DNA of 64,000 nt from contig OZ243969.1 of the NCBI GenBank assembly GCA_965214675.1, forward strand, positions 47,249 through 111,248, in the 5' to 3' direction. Source of the DNA: Gammaproteobacteria bacterium (GTDB lineage Bacteria; Pseudomonadota; Gammaproteobacteria; UBA4575). The position numbers and the translations under genes are program-made. Below the pieces are notes generated by a model. That model saw only the letters and a list, made by a program, of their open reading frames with translations, was not told where the DNA came from and did no database searches. Below, one piece after another: positions 57,045 through 64,000 of the stretch (its first letter is position 1; every line of letters begins with the position of its first letter).

Positions 57045-58704
57045 TTGAGCGGTTCAGTATCAGGATTGGCAAAACACTGATCGCCACGATCAGTAATGCA
57101 CTGCATGCCGCATCTGCCAATCGTTCATCCGAGGCAAGTTCGTAGGTGCGAACCGCAAGGGTATTGAAGTCGAAAGGGCGCAACACAAGCGTTGCAGGAA
57201 GCTCTTTCGTGACTTCAACAAATACCAGCAGGGCTGCGGTAAGTATACCGCCTCTGATCATCGGAAGGTGGATGCTGGCGAATCGCTCAAATGTCTTGCG
57301 GCCCAATAGCTGGGCAGCATCGTCAATGCTGCGGTGGATTTTTGCCAGGCTTGCGTCCACCGAGTTCAGCCCTATTGCCATGAAACGTACCACATGGGCG
57401 AAGGCCAGGGATGCCAGGGTACCGGTCAGGATGAGACCAGAGGAGATCTTGAAATGTTGCTGCAGCCATGCATCAAGTGCGTTATCAAGCCATGCAAAAG
57501 GCAACAGTACGCCAACCGCAATGATTACACCGGGCACGGCATAACCCATTGCACTGATGTTCACGGTATAGGGAATGGAGAAATGAGTGCCGACACGCTT
57601 GCCGTAGGCCAGCACAGTGGCCGCCACGATGATAATCCCGGTGACGATAACAGTAAGTTGCAGCGTATTGAAAATCAGGGTGAGGAAAGAGCTGTCAACG
57701 ATTTCAGGTGCCGTTTTCAGCGCCCACGCACCCAGTTGAGCACTTGGAATAATAAAACCAAGAAAAACCGGGAGACTGCACATTAAGACTGCTGCAATAG
57801 CCTTGACCCCTGTTAACGGGTAACGCCATGATTTTTGCACTTTTGTGGGGTTTTGATGATGAACGGCTTTCCTCATGTAACGCTCTGCCAGGATCACGGC
57901 AAACACACAAAGAAGCAACAAACTGGCCAGTTGAGTGGCTGCAATCCGATCCCCCAGGCCAAACCAGGTACGAAGAATCCCGGTGGTGAATGTCGGCACA
58001 CCGAAATAGTGAACGGTGCCGTAGTCCGCGAGCGTTTCCATCACGACCAGCGTCAATCCCGCAACGAGGGCAGGACGTGCCATGGGCAAGATAATCGTGA
58101 ATAGGGTTCTGTAGGACCCGACACCAAACATGTGGCTGGCTTCACGCAGGCTGGAGGACTGCTCTGAAAATGCGGTTCGCAGAAGCAGGTAAACGTACGG
58201 ATACAAAACCAGCGAGATCATGATAATGGCGCCGGTGATGGAGCGGATTTCAGGGAACCAGTAGTCCCCGTATTCCCAGCCAAATACACTGCGTATTGCA
58301 GTCTGCACGGGACCCGCAAAATCAAGCATGCCCGTATAGGTATAGGCGATGATATAGGGGGGAAAAGCCAGCGGTAAGAGCAAGGCCCAGCTGAAAATCT
58401 TACGTCCCGGAAAAGTACAGGCACTGCACAGCCAGGCAGTCGTGATACCGATCAGGGAGGTGCCGATGCATACGCCTGCTGCCAGTACAAAGGAATTCAA
58501 AGCATAGTCTGCAAGAACGGTAGACCGAAGATGTGACCAGATGTCATTGGCAGGTAATGTGATCGAGTAGAGTACTGTAACGACAGGGATGCTCAGCAGT
58601 AATGCAGCACCCACAGTACAGACCAGCCAGCCCAGATCACTTTTTTGTTGTCGAATTCTCTGGATAAAGCCCGGCATGACAACTGCCTCGTTTCCTGTAC
58701 CCAT
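57007..58704 (-). CDS. fbpB: iron(III) ABC transporter permease (duplicated BPD module)
   Basis: 565 aa with about 12 TM segments and two EAA-type loops (REASHMFGVGSYRT and DAAQLLGRKTFERF). Confidence 0.85.
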   Translation of the reverse strand: MGTGNEAVVMPGFIQRIRQQKSDLGWLVCTVGAALLLSIPVVTVLYSITLPANDIWSHLRSTVLADYALNSFVLAAGVCIGTSLIGITTAWLCSACTFPGRKIFSWALLLPLAFPPYIIAYTYTGMLDFAGPVQTAIRSVFGWEYGDYWFPEIRSITGAIIMISLVLYPYVYLLLRTAFSEQSSSLREASHMFGVGSYRTLFTIILPMARPALVAGLTLVVMETLADYGTVHYFGVPTFTTGILRTWFGLGDRIAATQLASLLLLCVFAVILAERYMRKAVHHQNPTKVQKSWRYPLTGVKAIAAVLMCSLPVFLGFIIPSAQLGAWALKTAPEIVDSSFLTLIFNTLQLTVIVTGIIIVAATVLAYGKRVGTHFSIPYTVNISAMGYAVPGVIIAVGVLLPFAWLDNALDAWLQQHFKISSGLILTGTLASLAFAHVVRFMAIGLNSVDASLAKIHRSIDDAAQLLGRKTFERFASIHLPMIRGGILTAALLVFVEVTKELPATLVLRPFDFNTLAVRTYELASDERLADAACSALLIVAISVLPILILNRSIVQSGVIHGAQT

Positions 58705-58722
58705 TGCCGTCGCCGTCGAAAC

Positions 58723-59751
58723 CTATTTCCACTGGGCGCGGTCCATGATCATCACCGCTTTTGCATTGAGCTCTCCCAGAAGATGCAAGCTCAGCGAATC
58801 CGCCTTGAATGTGCCCCAGTTTTCCAGCATTTGGCTGGGCTGGACACCCGCTTTTACCGGGTATTCGAAATTGGTTTGTGCATACCAGTGCTGTGCCTTG
58901 TCACTTGCCAGGAATTCCAGCAAGGCAATTGCAGATTCCCTGTTTTTTGAAAACCTGGTGACCGCACCTCCGCTGATATTGACATGTACGCCACGGCCAT
59001 CCTGATTGGGCCAGAAAATCTTTACTTTTTCTGCAGCAGCCTGCTGTACAGGGTCTTTGGAAGCCAGCATCTTGCCAAGATAATAGGTGTTGGCAATCGA
59101 AAGATCGCACTGACCCGCGGCCGCCGCCCTGATCTGGTCGCGGTCGCCCCCTTGTGGCGCACGGGCAAAATTGTCTACCAGACCTTTCGCCCAGGACAAC
59201 GTCTCTTTTTCTCCCAGATGAACCAGCAGGGAGGCCACCAGGGATTGGTTGTAGATGTTATCCGATGAACGAATGCAGATTCTTTTACTCCAGACTGAAT
59301 CACGTAGTGCTTCGTAAGTAGTCAGCTCTTTTGGTCTCACACGCTCGATGTTGTACATGATGGGACGTACCCTGAGAGAAAGTGCATACCAGTAGCCATC
59401 AGGGTCGCGGTACTGTTTCGGGATGGAGTCTTTGAGAATTTGTGAGTCCACGGCCTGCAGGATCTTTGCCTGCTGAGCCCGGTACAGACGACCTGCATCG
59501 GTGGTGATCAGGACATCGGCAGGGCTGTGCTTGCCTTCACTGATAATACGCTGCAGCAATGCATCCGCTTTACCCGTAATCAGGTTGACCTGTGTATCGG
59601 TATACTTCTCAAACTCGAGCAGCAGTGGCTTGATCAGGTTTTCCTTTCTGGCCGAGTACACGTTGACTTCGGCTGCATTGAGCAGTGAGCCGGTCAGACA
59701 TAGACTGAACGCAAGTGCAAATTGCACTGCATGGAGGTGCGGTGTTTTCAT
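58723..59751 (-). CDS. fbpA: Fe(3+) ABC transporter substrate-binding protein
   Basis: It has an FbpA/SfuA-like pattern (VNVYSARKE.LIKPLL, ADVLITTDAG, IANTYYLG). The start is placed at MKTPHLHAVQFALAFSLCLTGSLLNA, which is a signal peptide. The ORF track begins 14 codons earlier (59793). Confidence 0.85.
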   Translation of the reverse strand: MKTPHLHAVQFALAFSLCLTGSLLNAAEVNVYSARKENLIKPLLLEFEKYTDTQVNLITGKADALLQRIISEGKHSPADVLITTDAGRLYRAQQAKILQAVDSQILKDSIPKQYRDPDGYWYALSLRVRPIMYNIERVRPKELTTYEALRDSVWSKRICIRSSDNIYNQSLVASLLVHLGEKETLSWAKGLVDNFARAPQGGDRDQIRAAAAGQCDLSIANTYYLGKMLASKDPVQQAAAEKVKIFWPNQDGRGVHVNISGGAVTRFSKNRESAIALLEFLASDKAQHWYAQTNFEYPVKAGVQPSQMLENWGTFKADSLSLHLLGELNAKAVMIMDRAQWK

Positions 59752-59791
59752 GCGAGACCTTAGGGGAATCCGGGGTATTGTATAAGTGTAC

Positions 59792-59810
59792 AATAATAAT
59801 AGCTATTCTC
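59792..59810 (-). promoter_or_regulatory. candidate Fur box upstream of fbpA
   Basis: AATAATAATAGCTATTCTC matches 13 of 19 positions of the GATAATGATAATCATTATC consensus (hand alignment). It lies 41-59 nt upstream of the preferred fbpA start. Confidence 0.35.
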
Positions 59811-59894
59811 ATTAGCATTTAGAATACCAAAATTCAAGGGCTCCGACACAGGATTACGCCTTTTCACCAGTACTTTCGTATATATTTTGTAACC

Positions 59895-62771
59895 ATGCCG
59901 AGCGCCCTGCCCAACCTGTTGCCTCCCCGACTCCAGCACGATTTCGAGACACTGATTGCCAAGACAGGGGATTCATCCATTCAAAAATACCGGGACGAGA
60001 TTCTATCGGTCTGGTATGCGAGCCCTTTCATACGGCGGGTTTGTATTGCCGAGCCGCAATGGCTGGAGGAATTGCTTTCAAAAGGGCAGCTGCACACAGA
60101 TTATGACTTCACGTCCTATGACAAGGAACTGGAATCCGAGATTTCCCAAGCGACGGGCATTGAGCACATGCAGCAAATCTTGCGCCGCTCAAGAACCTGC
60201 GCTTATGCACGCACTGCATGGCGCGACCTGCAGCAATATACAACGGTAGAGCAGACCCTTTTTGAGCTCAGCACTTATGCTCAAATCTGTATCGACCGGG
60301 CACTTTCATGGTGCTTCGAGTGGCTGAAGTCCCGCCCCCATATTGGCCAGTTTGAGCAGTCCATGCACAACAATATTGTGGTCTTTGCATTGGGCAAGCT
60401 TGGTGGAGGCGAGCTCAATTTTTCATCGGATGTGGATCTCGTGTTCGCCTTTGCGGATGACCCGACCCACTCACAGGACCAGCGCGCCAAGGCCGGCAAC
60501 TTCTATCTGAAGCTTGTCCAGCTCCTGATCAAGGTACTCTCACAGCAGACCCAGGATGGATTTGTCTTTCGAGTTGACACAAGATTGAGGCCGTTTGGCA
60601 ATTCCGGTGCACTGGTGCCGAGCCTTGCAGGGATTGACCAGTACTTTCAAACGGCCGGGCGCGACTGGGAACGGTATGCCTGGATCAGGGCACGTGCCAT
60701 TGCCGGCAACACTGAAACCGGCGAACAGTTTCTCCAGGATATCAGCCCTTTTATGTATCGCCGTTACCATGACTATGGCGTCATGCAGGCACTGCGTGAG
60801 ATGAAGGCCATGGTCGATCAGAAGGCCGGTCAGGCTGCGAACAAGGATAATCTGAAAATCGGACAGGGAGGTATACGCGAAATCGAATTTGTCGCCCAGA
60901 TGTTCCAGTTGATTTACGGAGGCAGGGACCCCGATCTTCGGATGCGCTCAACCCTTGAGGCGCTGAGGTACCTGGGGGGGAGTGGCAAACTCACCAGTGA
61001 AAGTGTGACGGAACTGCGCCACGCCTACCTGTTCTTAAGGAAGGCTGAAAATTGTCTGCAGATGCGCGAAGACCAGCAGGTGTACAGCCTGCCGGCCAAG
61101 GATGAAGAACGCCAACAGTATGCCTATGCAGCAGGCTTTGATTCCTGGGTCGCCCTGTATGGCGAATACCAGGCTCGTACCGCCAAAGTCAGCAAAATAT
61201 TTCACTCCTTGTTGCTGGCTGAACACGAGGGGCCTGAAGAGCCTGGAAAAGACGGTGGTGATTTGGCATTTGTATGGCAGCAGCTACAGGATGAGCCTGC
61301 ATGCATGGAGATCCTGAAAAAGCATTTTGACGAGGATGCCAGGGACGTTTACCAGCGTTTACGGGGGTTCGAGGAATCGATGCGCCAGATCGATCCCGTG
61401 GCCAAGCAAAGGCTGGAACGATTCCTGCCCGTGTTCTTAAGAGACCTTTCTACGCACGCCCAGGTACCTTTGGTGTTGACTCGCTTTCTTCGGATACTCG
61501 GCAAAATTGTGCAACGCTCAACCTACATTGCCCTGTTGACCGAGAACCAGAGCAAGCTGACCAAATTGCTCAAGCTGATCGAGGCCAGTCAATGGGTCGC
61601 CCAGTACATTGCCGCACACCCGTTGCTGCTTGATGAATTGCTGCATTCGGACAATGTTGACCCGCCGGACATGGAAGAGATGCAGTACCAGATGCAGGTG
61701 CTTGAGCAACTGCAGATGCTGATTGATGCATCCGGGACCAATCTCGAGGCCTACATGGAACGCTTGCGTGAATTCAAGCATGCCCAGGTTTTACGGATTG
61801 CAGCTGCAGACATCGTGACAAATTACCCGATCATGCGGGTCAGCGATCATCTGTCCTGGCTTGCTGATACCTGCCTGAAGAGCGCAACCCGCAAGGCCTA
61901 CCAGGATCTTGCAGACAGGCATGGTGAGCCTACATGCATTGTCGATGGCAAAACCGCCATTCCTGAGCTTCTGATCATTGAATACGGGAAGCTGGGTGGA
62001 CTGGAACTCGGCTATGGCTCAGATCTCGATGTGGTTTTCGTGCATAGCAACATGGACGATTCTGGTGAGACAAATGGTGAGAAGACCTTGAAGAATCCGG
62101 TTTTCTTTACCCGCGTAGTACAGCGTACGATCCATCTGCTGACCACAACCACTGCGTCCGGGAAGGTTTTCGATATTGACACGAGGCTCAGGCCGTACGG
62201 CCAGTCTGGAGCCATGGTCTGTTCACTCACCACCTATGAGGACTATTTGAGAAACAAGGCGTGGCTGTGGGAACTTCAGGCACTGATCCGTGCACGGCCC
62301 ATCACGGCAAATCGGAGTCTGGCCGATACCTTCCAGGCATTGAGAAAAGATCTGCTTTGCCAGGCGCGCGATGTTGAGGAAGTGCGAAATTCGGTCATTG
62401 AAATGCGCGAAAAAATTGTGACGAGTCACAATGTGAAAAACGGAGCGCAGTTCAGTCTCAAAAAAGATCGGGGTGGAATTGTCGACATCGAATTTATTGT
62501 TCAGTTCTATGTGCTCAGCTACGCAAGCCAGCATAACGAGATCTGTGTGTATACCGACAATATCAGGATTCTGGATGCCTGTGCCGAGGCTGGTCTGATC
62601 AAGCACGAATCTGTCGAGGAGCTCAAGAGAATCTACATCGCGTACCGCAAACATCTTCACCAGCTGAGTCTGCAGTTACTGCCGGAAACCGTAGCCGCTG
62701 ATATGTTTGCAGAGGAGCGTTCCGTCATACAAAACTACTGGACAAGTCTGTTACACTTATCGGCTGTTTGA
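59895..62771 (+). CDS. glnE: bifunctional glutamine synthetase adenylyltransferase / adenylyl-removing enzyme
   Basis: 958 aa with two nucleotidyltransferase domains (GKLGGGELNFSSDVDLVF and GKLGGLELGYGSDLDVVF). Confidence 0.95.
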   Translation: MPSALPNLLPPRLQHDFETLIAKTGDSSIQKYRDEILSVWYASPFIRRVCIAEPQWLEELLSKGQLHTDYDFTSYDKELESEISQATGIEHMQQILRRSRTCAYARTAWRDLQQYTTVEQTLFELSTYAQICIDRALSWCFEWLKSRPHIGQFEQSMHNNIVVFALGKLGGGELNFSSDVDLVFAFADDPTHSQDQRAKAGNFYLKLVQLLIKVLSQQTQDGFVFRVDTRLRPFGNSGALVPSLAGIDQYFQTAGRDWERYAWIRARAIAGNTETGEQFLQDISPFMYRRYHDYGVMQALREMKAMVDQKAGQAANKDNLKIGQGGIREIEFVAQMFQLIYGGRDPDLRMRSTLEALRYLGGSGKLTSESVTELRHAYLFLRKAENCLQMREDQQVYSLPAKDEERQQYAYAAGFDSWVALYGEYQARTAKVSKIFHSLLLAEHEGPEEPGKDGGDLAFVWQQLQDEPACMEILKKHFDEDARDVYQRLRGFEESMRQIDPVAKQRLERFLPVFLRDLSTHAQVPLVLTRFLRILGKIVQRSTYIALLTENQSKLTKLLKLIEASQWVAQYIAAHPLLLDELLHSDNVDPPDMEEMQYQMQVLEQLQMLIDASGTNLEAYMERLREFKHAQVLRIAAADIVTNYPIMRVSDHLSWLADTCLKSATRKAYQDLADRHGEPTCIVDGKTAIPELLIIEYGKLGGLELGYGSDLDVVFVHSNMDDSGETNGEKTLKNPVFFTRVVQRTIHLLTTTTASGKVFDIDTRLRPYGQSGAMVCSLTTYEDYLRNKAWLWELQALIRARPITANRSLADTFQALRKDLLCQARDVEEVRNSVIEMREKIVTSHNVKNGAQFSLKKDRGGIVDIEFIVQFYVLSYASQHNEICVYTDNIRILDACAEAGLIKHESVEELKRIYIAYRKHLHQLSLQLLPETVAADMFAEERSVIQNYWTSLLHLSAV

Positions 62772-62791
62772 TCTGAGGGAGTCCAGTAGAA

Positions 62792-63712
62792 ATGTCAATG
62801 TCTGATAGGGAAGGGGTCATCTGGTACGACGGCGAGTTTGTGCCGTGGCGAGAGGCAACCACCCATGTCCTGACACACACGCTGCACTATGGGGGCGGTG
62901 TTTTCGAGGGCGTACGCGCCTACCAGACGGATCAGGGCACTGCCATCTTCCGCCTGCATGATCACACCGAACGGTTGTTCAATTCCGCAAAAAGTATTGG
63001 CATGTCTTTGCCGTACAGCCCGAAGCAGATCAACCAGGCGCAGCTGGATGTCGTGCGCAAGAACAAGCTGCGGTACGGCTACATACGGCCAATGTGCTTT
63101 TACGGTTCCGAGGGGATGGGCCTAAGAGCTGATAATCTGAAGGTCCACTGTATTGTTGCAGCGTGGGAATGGGATGCCTATTTTGGGGATGAGAAGATCA
63201 GGAATGGAATCCGTGTCAGGACCTCATCCTATTCCAGACATCATGTGAATGTTGCCATGTGCCGGGCCAAGGTGAACGGCAATTACATCAATTCCATGCT
63301 TGCCTTGAATGAGGCCCTGCAGGACGGCTATGACGAGGCCCTGCTGCTGGATGTCGACGGGTTTGTAGCCGAGGGAAGCGGTGAAAATCTTTTCATTGTC
63401 AAGGACGGCATACTCTATTCACCGGAGCTGGCTTCAGGACTGGACGGCATTACCCGAAAAACCGTCATCACACTGGCCAATTCGATGGATATCCCACTGG
63501 TGGAAAAGCGCATTACACGTGATGAGGTGTACATCGCAGACGAGGCCTTCTTCACGGGTACCGCAGCAGAAGTCACACCGATTTGCGAGCTGGACAACCG
63601 CAGCATCGGGGAAGGCAAGACAGGTCCAGTCACCCGGCGACTCCAGACCAGGTATTTTGAGCTGGTCCGCGGCAAAGGTGAGTTACCCGGCGATTGGCTT
63701 GCCTACGCGTAG
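62792..63712 (+). CDS. ilvE: branched-chain-amino-acid aminotransferase
   Basis: 306 aa, class IV, with HYGGGVFEGVRAY, EGSGENLF, GITR and TAAEVTP motifs. Confidence 0.93.
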   Translation: MSMSDREGVIWYDGEFVPWREATTHVLTHTLHYGGGVFEGVRAYQTDQGTAIFRLHDHTERLFNSAKSIGMSLPYSPKQINQAQLDVVRKNKLRYGYIRPMCFYGSEGMGLRADNLKVHCIVAAWEWDAYFGDEKIRNGIRVRTSSYSRHHVNVAMCRAKVNGNYINSMLALNEALQDGYDEALLLDVDGFVAEGSGENLFIVKDGILYSPELASGLDGITRKTVITLANSMDIPLVEKRITRDEVYIADEAFFTGTAAEVTPICELDNRSIGEGKTGPVTRRLQTRYFELVRGKGELPGDWLAYA

Positions 63713-63792
63713 GCGGCCTTGAACCGATGCATCCGACAAGCTTGCCTGTTCTGGGCCACCGTGTGGCTTGCATGTTTTTGAGACGGGACCCA

Positions 63793-64000
63793 TGAACCTG
63801 AAAAATCTTGCTAAGGCAAGGATTCTGGTCATCGGAGATGTCATGCTCGATAAGTATTGGCTGGGGGAGACCAGCCGTATATCTCCTGAGGCGCCTGCGC
63901 CAATCGTCAATATCAAAAACATGGAAGACCGATTGGGCGGTGCCGCCAACGTCGCACTCAATGCCAGCAGCGTGGGTGCCACCGTGACGCTGATCGGGAG
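63793..64000 (+). CDS. hldE: bifunctional heptose-7-phosphate kinase / heptose-1-phosphate adenylyltransferase (3' end outside window)
   Basis: It is absent from the ORF track because no stop lies in the window. The ATG at 63793 gives [57 protein letters not shown], the typical HldE/RfaE N-terminus. Confidence 0.85.

Noticed and set aside
63683-63982. 99-aa minus-strand ORF at the right edge
   Set aside because: The plus strand from the ATG at 63793 reads a textbook HldE N-terminus, so the minus ORF is its shadow.
42000-64000. Apparent higher GC content in the right third of the window
   Set aside because: The impression rests only on my hand counts of about 10 single 60-nt lines. Those gave 35-48% in lines sampled at 2-40 kb (hppA was an exception at 53%) and 47-53% in lines sampled at 44-60 kb. 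The sample is too sparse and noisy to support a claim, and a sliding-window GC and codon-usage calculation is needed.

Overview
This is a dense, mostly housekeeping chromosomal segment of a gammaproteobacterium. The synteny blocks are Pseudomonas/Methylococcales-like: zapA-ssrS opposite pepP-ubiH-ubiI, lgt-thyA-folA, lptD-surA-pdxA-rsmA-apaG-apaH, and mrdA-rodA-mltB-rlpA-dac-lipB-lipA. I support about 60 protein genes and one ncRNA (6S RNA, which an ORF track cannot show). I found no rRNA, tRNA, CRISPR, transposase, integrase or phage genes. The stand-out is an ~11-kb co-directional C1 block on the minus strand (42.9-54.0 kb). It reads 5-formyl-THF-cyclo-ligase paralogue, ftr, sgaA, mclA, mtkA, mtkB, hprA, ppc, mtdA, which is a compact serine-cycle cluster. 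It is headed by an orphan Ftr that is translationally coupled to a 5-FCL paralogue, and it lacks fch. I propose, as a hypothesis, an ATP-driven formyl -> methenyl -> methylene feeder branch. Other notable items are listed here.
- A histone-H1-like Lys/Ala protein is built from nine near-identical 42-bp repeats.
- An EVE-domain gene sits in the slot downstream of 6S RNA that ygfA normally occupies.
- rlpA has its lipoprotein signal peptide in a different reading frame from the body.
- An unknown secreted-protein gene is inserted between pdxA and rsmA.
- A cold-shock-domain protein carries two N-terminal TM helices.
- A tungstate (TupABC) transporter follows a long leader that contains a perfect 17-bp tandem duplication.
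- A membrane pyrophosphatase carries the K+-dependent-type signature.
All product calls rest on recognisable motifs and synteny read from the translations. No database search was run.
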